From IMG/VR virus record IMGVR_UViG_3300020042_009256, positions 9,168 through 73,167 of that record: a DNA stretch of 64,000 nt; one strand, 5' to 3'. This DNA comes from a virus. Taxonomy: Duplodnaviria > Caudoviricetes. Below, piece after piece: positions 1-8,531 of this stretch. Both the position numbers and the translations under genes were made by a program. The stretch's first letter is position 1. Each line of letters begins with the position of its first letter. The notes below the pieces were generated by a model, which saw only the letters and a program-made list of their open reading frames with translations, ran no database searches and was not told where the DNA came from.

Positions 1-342
1 CGTAATTATTTAATTGGATTAGATAAGCGTGCATTGTATTGTCGTTCATCATTTAAAGGATTAAACGTATTGTTGCAATCGGCTGGTGCAATTCTTATGA
101 AACAAGTTGTTGTAAACATTCACAACAACATTGAACAGAACCTTGGCTTGCCTTACGGCAAGAGCTGGGAGCAACTACTAATGATCCATGATGAAGTTCA
201 GTTAACTTGTTATGGCGAATACACCGAAGCCATTCGGGAGCAAGCTATGATGGCATTCCCTCAAGCCCAGGAGTTCTTTGACTTCCGTTGCCTCATCGAA
301 GGGGACAGCAGGGTTGGAAGCAACTGGGCTGAGACTCACTAA
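1..342 (+). CDS. DNA polymerase family A (T7-type), C-terminal fragment, open at the left edge
   Basis: Frame 1 is open from base 1: RNYLIGLDKRALYCRSSFKGLNVLLQSAGAILMK...IHDEVQ...GSNWAETH. This matches T7 gp5-like GLDGR..LNTLLQSAGA, motif C HDE and the terminal W.ETH. Confidence 0.95.
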   Translation, partial: RNYLIGLDKRALYCRSSFKGLNVLLQSAGAILMKQVVVNIHNNIEQNLGLPYGKSWEQLLMIHDEVQLTCYGEYTEAIREQAMMAFPQAQEFFDFRCLIEGDSRVGSNWAETH

Positions 343-355
343 CTAATTCTTAATT

Positions 356-535
356 ATGATTGACTGGAAATCTGTAGCCTTTCGACTACATGAAATTGCT
401 GAGTATTATTTTGATTGCAGTATGGACAGTTCTCTTCATGATGAAGAGATAGAAGTATTGCACACAAAATATCTTGATTTAGTATCTACTTTAATAACAG
501 AAGAACCAATAGATCTTTCTGTATCTAACGAATAA
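356..535 (+). CDS. small acidic hypothetical protein (59 aa, below the ORF-track cutoff)
   Basis: Read by hand: ATG 356 to TAA 535, MIDWKSVAFRLHEIAEYYFDCS...; fills the gap between pol and ssb. Confidence 0.6.
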   Translation: MIDWKSVAFRLHEIAEYYFDCSMDSSLHDEEIEVLHTKYLDLVSTLITEEPIDLSVSNE

Positions 536-541
536 AAATAA

Positions 542-570
542 TTGACTCGTCCCAGGTAAGACGTTAAACT
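542..570 (+). promoter_or_regulatory. sigma70-type promoter for the ssb operon
   Basis: TTGACT-17 nt-TAAACT, 24 nt upstream of ATG 595; the spacer holds the CGTC-N9-GACG inverted repeat. Confidence 0.75.
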
Positions 571-594
571 GCCTTCCACTAACCATCTGAACCA

Positions 595-1398
595 ATGAAC
601 TTTGTAACGGTGTGTGCCCAGGCAACTGAGGTGCCACGTGAGGTATATACCTCAGCAACTTCCACAGCATTACGTTGTAATCTTTTGTTACCTCCAGTAG
701 GTAACAAAGCCCCTACTCCAATTGAATTCAATGTGTACGGAAAAGCTGCCGAACGTTTTCAACACACCACCAAGGGAGGACTTCTCTACATTCACGGCGC
801 CAAGTTACGTCATGACTTGGACACAAGAACGCACTCATTACATGGAGGCATTGTCACTCCGGTTACAGAAGCATTCCCAATCTTTAATACAGTCATCCTC
901 GGTGGCCGTTGCGTTAAAGACATCCATCAAGATGACGCCCGCGCTTTTAGAACAACGGCAGATGGGTTAATGATTTGTAATCAAACTCTTTCAGTTAATA
1001 CTGGTCGCAACCAAGCTGATCTGTTTAACTTCTATGCAATGAATACTGCAAAAGATAAGTTAAACAATGCGGAACTTCTGGTTAACTTTACCAGGAAAGG
1101 CACAGGTCTTTCAATCATTGGCCGCATAGTTAGCGATGCTTGGGTTGATAAAGAAACCAAGGAGAAAAAATTGAATACCAAAATTCAATTAATGTCTATG
1201 ACCTTGGCTCCCAAGAACACGACCGCTGCTCCTGAAATCAAAGCTCAAACGACTGTTGCAACTGATGAAGTTGTTGGTCTTTGGGGTGGTAAGACCGCTG
1301 ATGATAGTGACGTATGGAATCAAGCATCTGGCGGTGGCTTGCCTGATCTACCTGGTCAGTACGGCGCCGCACCTAACCTTGACGAAATTCCTTTTTAG
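595..1398 (+). CDS. ssb: single-stranded DNA-binding protein with two tandem OB folds
   Basis: Two SSB-like segments (MNFVTVCAQATEVPREVY..VYGKAAERFQHTTKGGLLYIHG and FNTVILGGRCVKD..AELLVNFTRKGTGLSIIGRIVSDAWVDKET), a G/P-rich linker and the acidic tip DEIPF. Confidence 0.85.
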   Translation: MNFVTVCAQATEVPREVYTSATSTALRCNLLLPPVGNKAPTPIEFNVYGKAAERFQHTTKGGLLYIHGAKLRHDLDTRTHSLHGGIVTPVTEAFPIFNTVILGGRCVKDIHQDDARAFRTTADGLMICNQTLSVNTGRNQADLFNFYAMNTAKDKLNNAELLVNFTRKGTGLSIIGRIVSDAWVDKETKEKKLNTKIQLMSMTLAPKNTTAAPEIKAQTTVATDEVVGLWGGKTADDSDVWNQASGGGLPDLPGQYGAAPNLDEIPF

Positions 1399-1449
1399 AT
1401 AATGGACCTGGGATGTCTTTAAACTCATCCGTATTAAAACTAAAACACC

Positions 1450-2517
1450 ATGACTGAAGCATTACTTAACTCTGTCATTGACACTCCTCCTTCTCTGAAA
1501 ACTCTTAAAGCTATGACTACCAAGAAAACCTCTGCACTTGCTACGCGTGGACTTGATTCATTCCGGCTCTTTCAATCCAAAGAATTTGTATCCGGATACC
1601 AAAACCTCATCACCATTCAGCCTCTTAACAAATCAAAAACACGGGGTTGGTTCATCCGTAAGTCAGACCTGGACACTTGCGGATGGAGCGCAACTGAAAA
1701 TCAGTTTGCTAAGTCTTCAGTTATCTGGAACTACAAGCAAACTTTCGGTATGGCTCCCAATACTTCAGTTGAAGAAGGACTTAATTTTACTGAGCCTCGT
1801 TTACAAATCCTTCTACGTTCTCCCCTCATGGTTGAGGAAACCACAGGGATGAGGCAGACGATTGGTACCTTTGACAATCCCGATGTTAAAGAATGTTGGG
1901 AAGCTGACAAGATGGCAGCTGATCTTTCCAAGAGTAAAGGTGAAATGTACAAGCGCAAGTACAGCGTGCGTACCAAGTACCTTGTTTATATCTTAACTGA
2001 AGATAACAAGCGTGCCCATAAGATCCCTATGGTCTTGACCTTGAAAGGATTGAATGGTACGGATGTATCTGAAAAAGTTAAGTTATATGAAAAAGAAATG
2101 TCCAAGTGCTTGAGCAAAGCACTGGATGCTGAAGTACCCTTGTCATTCAATGAAAAGTTCTACGCCACTACCGTATTTGCTCCGGTACTTGCCAATGAAA
2201 TGCGTGGAGAAAACAACGTTGAGATCTGCGCAATTGAATCTTTTGACATCCCTGATTACAGCAGTCAAGAAGCTTCAGTTGAATCTTTGAATCGCATGTC
2301 GATTCCTGATGAAGATCGTGAATCAACTTGGAAGTTCCAGGAATTGTTTGCAGATTACATCAACCAACATGCTCGGCAAGATGCTGAGAAGTTGGGTGGT
2401 GCCTACGGTATTAAAGCCGGGGTTGAAATTCTGCCCGCTTCCAGGGGAGTCACGGAGGTTGAAGTGAAAGCTTTGCCTGCACGTGATGAACTTACTGGAG
2501 AAGACAGTTCATTCTGA
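1450..2517 (+). CDS. conserved hypothetical protein, recalled as cyanobacterial DUF5895-like
   Basis: 355-aa ORF with LITIQPLN..GWFIRKSDLDTCGW and PRLQILLRSPL segments. The family name is from memory and not verified. Confidence 0.5.
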   Translation: MTEALLNSVIDTPPSLKTLKAMTTKKTSALATRGLDSFRLFQSKEFVSGYQNLITIQPLNKSKTRGWFIRKSDLDTCGWSATENQFAKSSVIWNYKQTFGMAPNTSVEEGLNFTEPRLQILLRSPLMVEETTGMRQTIGTFDNPDVKECWEADKMAADLSKSKGEMYKRKYSVRTKYLVYILTEDNKRAHKIPMVLTLKGLNGTDVSEKVKLYEKEMSKCLSKALDAEVPLSFNEKFYATTVFAPVLANEMRGENNVEICAIESFDIPDYSSQEASVESLNRMSIPDEDRESTWKFQELFADYINQHARQDAEKLGGAYGIKAGVEILPASRGVTEVEVKALPARDELTGEDSSF

Positions 2518-2772
2518 TACAGTAACTTGAGGATTGGCTAAGTCATCTTGTTCAACAGCCTTGTTGTTAAAGATGAACATATCCTGAACCAATCCTCTAA
2601 TTACACCTTGTCTTTGAGTGGCGATCCTTAACAAGAGGGTCGCCATTTCTTTTAAAGCACTGACTGAATTACATTCTTGAATTGATCGTTTGACTTTTTC
2701 TTCCCAGAATTTATCATCAAGCGTTGGTTCAATTTGAAATTTAGACAATGAAACGTATTTGATTTTTTCCAT
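2509..2772 (-). CDS. small helical protein, NblA-like pattern
   Basis: PTLDDKFWEEKVKRSIQECNSVSALKEMATLLLRIATQRQGVIRGLV follows the NblA helix-loop-helix spacing with a one-residue insertion; identity is low. Confidence 0.45.
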   Translation of the reverse strand: MEKIKYVSLSKFQIEPTLDDKFWEEKVKRSIQECNSVSALKEMATLLLRIATQRQGVIRGLVQDMFIFNNKAVEQDDLANPQVTVSE

Positions 2773-2805
2773 TAGTACAACCATGAACACTTTATTGTAC
2801 CTGTT

Positions 2806-3006
2806 ATGAAACCTGAAGACAAAGCAGCATTGAAAGCAGGCGGCACTACGTTTTTAGTAGGCAGTCTGGTTGCTGTAGCATTTGCAAACCCTATGTCATG
2901 GATAGCTGTTGCTTATGGAACCTACAAGATCAGCAAAGAGGCGAGGCGTTCAGCCAGGGCCCGTGCTACCATTGATTCCTCAGATGAAAAAAACCTTTTC
3001 ATCTAA
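2806..3006 (+). CDS. small membrane protein
   Basis: Hydrophobic stretch TTFLVGSLVAVAFANPMSWIAVAYG. Confidence 0.6.
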   Translation: MKPEDKAALKAGGTTFLVGSLVAVAFANPMSWIAVAYGTYKISKEARRSARARATIDSSDEKNLFI

Positions 3007-3027
3007 ACTCAACCCTAACTCAAACCA

Positions 3028-3972
3028 ATGTCAATCCAAACGCAAACGCAACTCACTACGGCGCAAGCTTCTATTTATTCTCGGTCTAACATCCGACGCG
3101 CCTTCCCAGACTTTGATGAGACTGAGATCGCTGGAATCTATTTGCGTGATACTGCTTGTCTTGTGGTGCGTCGGGATGGTAGTGAGCAAACTTATGATCG
3201 GTCTTTAATACAGTCTGCTTATCAAACGTATACCCACCGATTAAAAGATTTCTTTTCTTACTTGGGTCCTAACTACAGGGGCCCATCTATTTGGCACAAC
3301 AACGCCTACGTTATGTTCAAGGGTTGGAACTATAGCCATGCCCTTGGTCACTTAACATCTAATGCTAAGCTCCAAGCCCATTGGGCTGATAAATTTATTC
3401 ACCTTAAAGATGTCAACAAAGTTACAACGTTATTACAATCAGATCAGACTGATCTTGGGCACCTCGTTGCCCCGGATGGGTTGCGGCTTCCGGCTGGGTC
3501 GGTTGACTTCGACGCTGACAATGAACAGGAACCCAACATGGGATCCCTTGCGGCTGAGCCTTATTGTTCATGTGGGTCCTTTCAGCGTCAACTGGCAAAC
3601 CTCAGTGATTTCCAAATGGAAATTACAGGCTATAAACCATGGTGCATCCACCTGACTTGGTTTCACAAATACCGTGAGTTACTATGCAAACGCACGGATG
3701 TACGTAATGCAGCACGTGGTGGTGTGGTTGAAACATGCGTTGCTTGGTGGTATGCCCCTCCTAGGGATCACATCAGTGATGGACGTTTTGTTTTATTGCA
3801 TACCAAGTCAGGGGCTCAGGCACCACTGAGTCACTGGCGTACGTACAAACCTAAGGAGATTTACACCCAGCACAATGCATGGGATTTATTCTCTAGTATG
3901 CTAGATGCTGGTTATGTTCCGTTTCCTGGTACGTCACTTCCACAACTAGCTAATGCTGTTAAAAAACAATGA
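3028..3972 (+). CDS. SWIM zinc-finger protein
   Basis: YCSCGSFQRQ...PWCIHL gives CxC-x23-CxH. Confidence 0.75.
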   Translation: MSIQTQTQLTTAQASIYSRSNIRRAFPDFDETEIAGIYLRDTACLVVRRDGSEQTYDRSLIQSAYQTYTHRLKDFFSYLGPNYRGPSIWHNNAYVMFKGWNYSHALGHLTSNAKLQAHWADKFIHLKDVNKVTTLLQSDQTDLGHLVAPDGLRLPAGSVDFDADNEQEPNMGSLAAEPYCSCGSFQRQLANLSDFQMEITGYKPWCIHLTWFHKYRELLCKRTDVRNAARGGVVETCVAWWYAPPRDHISDGRFVLLHTKSGAQAPLSHWRTYKPKEIYTQHNAWDLFSSMLDAGYVPFPGTSLPQLANAVKKQ

Positions 3973-4172
3973 CCCTGGCATCTATTCCTTTTGAAAAAAT
4001 GACTGTTACTTGCAGCAATGAAGACAACGGTGGCATGTGTATCACCTTTGATTGGGATGACACCGACCCAGCATTTGAACCATGGAATCAAATGACTGAA
4101 CATCAACAGCGTAGTTTTCTTTTGACTTCTATTTCTAATAGGCTTCAAAAAGATCTTGATGCTGCGTCCTAA
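3969..4172 (+). CDS. hypothetical protein
   Basis: ATGA overlap with the upstream stop; ITFDWDDTDP motif. Confidence 0.65.
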   Translation: MTLASIPFEKMTVTCSNEDNGGMCITFDWDDTDPAFEPWNQMTEHQQRSFLLTSISNRLQKDLDAAS

Positions 4173-4187
4173 GAACGACGTTAAACT
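4165..4187 (+). promoter_or_regulatory. second copy of the promoter/operator motif
   Basis: CGTCCTAAGAACGACGTTAAACT, 19/23 identical to 548-570; 24 nt before ATG 4212. Confidence 0.7.
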
Positions 4188-4211
4188 TCTAATTTAAAAC
4201 TAATTAGACTC

Positions 4212-4337
4212 ATGTTTGAATTTCTTACCTCCATTGTTCTTCCTCAGATCACAAACATCTTGCGTGATCTTGCCCTGGCAGCATGCGTAGCATTGTTGAC
4301 GTGGGCTATTAATAAAGTTCAAACTCAATTCAACTAA
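4212..4337 (+). CDS. 41-aa hydrophobic peptide (below the ORF cutoff)
   Basis: MFEFLTSIVLPQITNILRDLALAACVALLTWAINKVQTQFN, read by hand, right behind the promoter motif. Confidence 0.6.
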   Translation: MFEFLTSIVLPQITNILRDLALAACVALLTWAINKVQTQFN

Positions 4338-4342
4338 GCACC

Positions 4343-5056
4343 ATGACACAAATCACTGCAACAAAACTTGAAAGCCTAAACGTCTTAAAACTTTACGAAC
4401 ACTATGGTGCCCTGGAGCGCAGTCTTCCTCTCCTCACTCCTGAGTCCCAAGACTTGGCAAAAGCTGAACTGGAACAATGCGCACAAATTCGTTCAGAAAA
4501 AATTGACCGAATTTACTACGCTATTGCTGCGCACGAAGATGCGTTAGAACGTATCAAGAAAGAAGGTGAGCTGATGGCTGTGGCCAAGAAGCATCACGAG
4601 TCTCAGATCAAATCACTCAAAGGTTTGATCAGTTGGTTGCGGCGGGCACTGCCTGTTGATTCCAATAAGATTACTGGGCGTAACTACCAGTTCACATTAA
4701 TCAAGAAAAAAGACTTGACAGTGGAAGTCTCATCTAGTATTGAAGACTGGGATGAAAAACAACAGGAACAATTTTGTATCCTCCAAGAAACCACTACAAC
4801 CAAACGTATTGTGGTATGTTCAATAGGTGGTGAACTTCTCGAAGAGAAAACAACACCTTCAACTAAAACCGAACTATTACCTAATCTTGATGCAATCCGT
4901 AACGCGTATCAAACCGGCCAACACCTCCCCATTGGAGTCAAGGTTGTCCAAGAATATTCCATCCGTACCAAACGAATCTACTCCGAACCTAAAGTGGACT
5001 TGGATGCATCCGAATATTTCGGAGAACTTCTACCAGAAGTTGGAACCTCCGACTGA
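4343..5056 (+). CDS. siphovirus Gp157-like protein
   Basis: EKIDRIYYAI..EDALERIKKEGELMAVAKKHHESQIKSLK coiled coil and the terminal PIGVKVVQEYSIR are typical of Gp157. Confidence 0.75.
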   Translation: MTQITATKLESLNVLKLYEHYGALERSLPLLTPESQDLAKAELEQCAQIRSEKIDRIYYAIAAHEDALERIKKEGELMAVAKKHHESQIKSLKGLISWLRRALPVDSNKITGRNYQFTLIKKKDLTVEVSSSIEDWDEKQQEQFCILQETTTTKRIVVCSIGGELLEEKTTPSTKTELLPNLDAIRNAYQTGQHLPIGVKVVQEYSIRTKRIYSEPKVDLDASEYFGELLPEVGTSD

Positions 5057-5297
5057 TCTAGAAGATGCACATATCAAAATGTCATGTCATCAGCATGCCG
5101 TTGATGATTTTGATTTGCAGATCCAGATGAATGAGCTGGAACAATCTATGTTGTGTGATGGAGAAGATGTCCTTCCTTATCAGACAGGTAAGATGGATGA
5201 TCTTGAACAAAAAAAGTTAAAACTTTTGTTGGGTAAACGATTCCATCGAAATGCATCACGTGCTTACTGGTTTTATATTATGAAGGCAGATAAGTAA
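5004..5297 (+). CDS. hypothetical protein
   Basis: Likely start ATG 5004 within track ORF 4827..5297; overlaps the Gp157-like gene by 53 nt. Confidence 0.6.
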   Translation: MHPNISENFYQKLEPPTDLEDAHIKMSCHQHAVDDFDLQIQMNELEQSMLCDGEDVLPYQTGKMDDLEQKKLKLLLGKRFHRNASRAYWFYIMKADK

Positions 5298-5332
5298 ACT
5301 GCCATACAATTAATAGATAGACAAGGTGTACC

Positions 5333-5596
5333 GTGATTGACGACAACCGATTAGTTGAATTACTGGCTGGCTTTACTCAAGGCGGTACACCTCTTCCTGC
5401 AATGACAGGAAACAAAATGGAATGGGGCGTTACCATCCTTACTGCAGCAATGCTAGCTAATGAAAACTTAGCTGGTCAAATGACTGCAGAAGAAATGGTT
5501 GATGGGGCAATTAATTATTACAATGTGATTCAAGAACGTCTTGGTTTTTATCAACAACATCAAGCTGCTTCATTGGAAAAACTTTTAGGTAATTAA
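5333..5596 (+). CDS. hypothetical protein
   Basis: GTG start with AAGG upstream; fits the gene tiling. Confidence 0.7.
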   Translation: MIDDNRLVELLAGFTQGGTPLPAMTGNKMEWGVTILTAAMLANENLAGQMTAEEMVDGAINYYNVIQERLGFYQQHQAASLEKLLGN

Positions 5597-5629
5597 TCTG
5601 CTAAGGTATTTAAGTCTTTACCACCACCA

Positions 5630-5827
5630 ATGGAACCCGTTTACGTGCCAAGGTTAACCGTTATTTTTACGGTTGAACTTGAAGTTGAATACGATCCTTT
5701 TAAGGGTCGCACTACAGAGCAAACAGCTGCTGGCCTAGTAGAAGTAGCTGAGAATTTACTCTGGGAGACAAGCACCAATGTTACATCTGTTATTACAAAA
5801 ATCACTGCAGTGCAATCTGATGACTAA
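5630..5827 (+). CDS. hypothetical protein
   Basis: ORF fits the gene tiling. Confidence 0.6.
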   Translation: MEPVYVPRLTVIFTVELEVEYDPFKGRTTEQTAAGLVEVAENLLWETSTNVTSVITKITAVQSDD

Positions 5828-6104
5828 AGACCTACTCAAAAAACTTAATACGACTGGTGCCTTTGATACACCATGGCTTAGAGAGCAGCTTGAAAATTGG
5901 GACGTTGTTGCGGAACAAAAGAAAGCTGATTTTATGGAACATATGTACCAGGTGTACAAGCCTGTTAACAAATGTTACACCGGACTATGGCAACGCTTCT
6001 GCATTCAAGAAGCTGGCCCTGCTGCACGGGAACAGTACTTTGAAATGATAAAGGCTATCCGTATGTACGAAGAACAACAAGCCAAGGCTGTTGACAACGG
6101 TTAA
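5820..6104 (+). CDS. hypothetical protein
   Basis: Start ATG 5820 overlaps the previous gene; FMEHMY..YTGLW motif. Confidence 0.65.
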   Translation: MTKDLLKKLNTTGAFDTPWLREQLENWDVVAEQKKADFMEHMYQVYKPVNKCYTGLWQRFCIQEAGPAAREQYFEMIKAIRMYEEQQAKAVDNG

Positions 6105-6118
6105 CTTTGTCCTATAGT
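6091..6118 (+). promoter_or_regulatory. sigma70-type promoter
   Basis: TTGACA-16 nt-TATAGT. Confidence 0.7.
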
Positions 6119-6156
6119 TGGGGGCACACCACGCCAGTGGGGTCCCCCATTTTTTT
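6119..6156 (+). terminator. intrinsic terminator
   Basis: TGGGGG..CCAC-GCCA-GTGG..CCCCCA followed by a T run. Confidence 0.7.
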
Positions 6157-6564
6157 ATGACTACTCAACTTCCTAAAGGCCCTATTAAAGACATCATCAC
6201 ATGGCAAACCAAACACAAAGAAAGCAAACAAGAGTGTGGAGTAGCTGAGATGAATACTCCTGGTACTACCAAGGATTCCCGCGAAGCCTTACACGACACC
6301 CGTAACGCAACTGACTCTGTAAAAGATTGGCGTAGTTTCTGGAAAGATGTATTGAATGAAACGAAAATAGAAGAAAAAATGTCTGTGCATAAACAAAAAA
6401 CTATTGATAATTTTCTTGACACAATCTGTTGTGCACTAGAAGAGATGAGTGGTGAAGAAGTCTTTGATTGTTTTTTTGAAGCTGTTCAAAGTGAACATGA
6501 ATATAAAGAAAAAGAATACAACAAGATTAATGAACTTATGGATTTTTTGATTGGACTAAAATGA
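6157..6564 (+). CDS. hypothetical protein
   Basis: ATG 6157 directly after the terminator T run. Confidence 0.6.
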   Translation: MTTQLPKGPIKDIITWQTKHKESKQECGVAEMNTPGTTKDSREALHDTRNATDSVKDWRSFWKDVLNETKIEEKMSVHKQKTIDNFLDTICCALEEMSGEEVFDCFFEAVQSEHEYKEKEYNKINELMDFLIGLK

Positions 6565-6818
6565 AAACACCTAAAAAACCCACGCCATTGCAACTATTTA
6601 AACAATGGAAAAAAACTGAACTCGCATTACAAAAAGCAAGAAGTGAACAACAATTATTACAAAACATGGCTTTTAAAGCCCCAGGTATTTATTGTACTCG
6701 TATTACAGTGGACGGTTTTATTTACGAACTAACAACCAAAAAAACTAATCCTTGGAATTCAAACCTTAATGTAACTAAACTTGGTTCAGTTGAAGAGTTT
6801 ACTAAGTTAGTCAAATGA
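6561..6818 (+). CDS. hypothetical protein
   Basis: 4-nt overlaps with both neighbours. Confidence 0.65.
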   Translation: MKTPKKPTPLQLFKQWKKTELALQKARSEQQLLQNMAFKAPGIYCTRITVDGFIYELTTKKTNPWNSNLNVTKLGSVEEFTKLVK

Positions 6819-7006
6819 TTAAACAACATGTTGCCTGGGTATGTTGCGACTGTGGTGAGAAGTATGGCAAGTGGTACCAGGATGGTGAGTATATAGGACC
6901 AAGTAGTCACTGTTCTACTATGCACTATGACACTTGTGATGTGTGCGGTAAACATAATGTCCCTTGCACTGAGCCAAGGGACTATGGTTATTTACGGGAC
7001 AATTAA
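6815..7006 (+). CDS. small zinc-ribbon protein
   Basis: VCCDCG...TCDVCG Cys pairs. Confidence 0.65.
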   Translation: MIKQHVAWVCCDCGEKYGKWYQDGEYIGPSSHCSTMHYDTCDVCGKHNVPCTEPRDYGYLRDN

Positions 7007-7230
7007 GCAAACACCCGATATGGATTAGTGGGAGTTACTAAGTATTCATCCCACCCTTGTGGTAAGTTGCCAGCAAAGTTGACGTGCCAGCCATCTAACT
7101 CGGGGATCAAGCCAATTACGTCAATAGCGTGCCCGTGGGTGTAGGCAGTAAGCGTGTTGTCAATCAGAAAACCTGCCTCAGTAGCAGCAGCGGTCCAGGC
7201 GGATTCGTTGGGGAAGCGTAGGAAGTTCAT
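7003..7230 (-). CDS. small tail-fibre-associated protein
   Basis: FLRFPNE..AIDVIG..GWHVN..W..Y.VTP.NPYRVFA pattern, typical of genes following cyanophage fibres; overlaps the fibre stop. Confidence 0.6.
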   Translation of the reverse strand: MNFLRFPNESAWTAAATEAGFLIDNTLTAYTHGHAIDVIGLIPELDGWHVNFAGNLPQGWDEYLVTPTNPYRVFA

Positions 7231-8531
7231 TGTGTAATCCGTTGGAGGATGGTGTCGGCAAGGCGGGTGGGCCAGTAGGTGAGGCGTTTGATTGTTGAGT
7301 TAAGAATTTGGCTGCTACCACGAGCACCAATGTCAAGTTGAGAAACAGTTGGCAAAATCACAGCACTGTCAACGGTTATTGCAGATCCATTAGCTGAAAC
7401 GCCAGAATTATCCGCCTTGTATCCAAATCCAATTTGATATTGTTGAGCAGTTAATGTTGGTGTATTTCCAGCAAACGTATCTGTGCCACCAGAAATAACA
7501 CCAACGTCTAAAACATTTGAAGTGTTAATCGCTAAACTTATGCGTTCACTGGTAGTACCATTTGAAACGGTAGCAATTTGGTGCGCCACACTAAATGCAC
7601 GTTCTGCATAGCTTGCAAACAACGTCCCCTCCGTCTGGTTATAGAAGCTAAAGTTTGACCCGGTAATGCTGGCCACATCTGCGGCGCGGGTTACGGTTGC
7701 GGTAGTCGTGGGGATGTAGGAGGTGGCGAAAGCGCCTTCTTCTACCTGAGCGCCCCAGATGCGCACAGTTGCACCATTGGTGCTGAAAAACGGCCTGAGG
7801 CGTATTGTTGTTCCAGTACTTGTGGTAGTTGTCAAAGTCAAGCGAACCCAGCCATTAAGATAAGGCGTTAATGTTCCACTTGTGCTTGTAAAACCTTCAT
7901 TAAATGGAGTGCCAATAGGGTTATTTGTGCTTAAATTAAATTGCACCCGTCCACGAATTCCTGTCGTTCCGTTGTCAAGGGTAACGGTAAATTGTGTTGT
8001 TGTACCTTTAACCCACAATGAGGCGGTATATGTCCGAGCAATTGCGTCTTTTGTAATGCTGTTGTTAATGACTCCAGGACTTGATGTGTTTGTCCAAAGA
8101 TCCGCCGTCAGCGTACCATCTGGAGCCGTAGATTCATTGGGAGTTATTGTGCAGTCGAGTGGTGTCCAATAAGCATTGCTAAAGTCTTCGCTGTATAAAC
8201 TTAAGTTCGTCCTCGCCTCTTCCACCAGCAGGCCAAGGCTTTCGCCCGTTGTTGGGTTGTGGTCGAAGCGTGCCTCGTTGGTGGTCGCCGTCTTAATCAA
8301 CCCATCGCTGCCGACGTACGTGGCGCCGGTCCCCGGAGGAGTACTGCTGGCGCGGGTAAAACTAACTAAATTCTGATTGGTAACGTTATCAGACAGTGAT
8401 TTATTTCCGGCAAAATCAAGATCTAATGATGGAACAGCTCGAGCATTACGCCACAATTCATTGCGCACCCATGGTCCAGCAAGGACTCCACCAGGTGCAA
8501 GACTTGTGCGTAAAGTTCCTAGTCCACGCAT
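7227..8531 (-). CDS. tail/head spike fibre protein
   Basis: SFTRAS..ATYV..G...ARFDHNPTTGESLGLLVEEARTNL and WGAQVEEGAFATSYIPTT..TRAAD motifs; LamG-like C-terminus. Confidence 0.8.
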   Translation of the reverse strand: MRGLGTLRTSLAPGGVLAGPWVRNELWRNARAVPSLDLDFAGNKSLSDNVTNQNLVSFTRASSTPPGTGATYVGSDGLIKTATTNEARFDHNPTTGESLGLLVEEARTNLSLYSEDFSNAYWTPLDCTITPNESTAPDGTLTADLWTNTSSPGVINNSITKDAIARTYTASLWVKGTTTQFTVTLDNGTTGIRGRVQFNLSTNNPIGTPFNEGFTSTSGTLTPYLNGWVRLTLTTTTSTGTTIRLRPFFSTNGATVRIWGAQVEEGAFATSYIPTTTATVTRAADVASITGSNFSFYNQTEGTLFASYAERAFSVAHQIATVSNGTTSERISLAINTSNVLDVGVISGGTDTFAGNTPTLTAQQYQIGFGYKADNSGVSANGSAITVDSAVILPTVSQLDIGARGSSQILNSTIKRLTYWPTRLADTILQRITQ

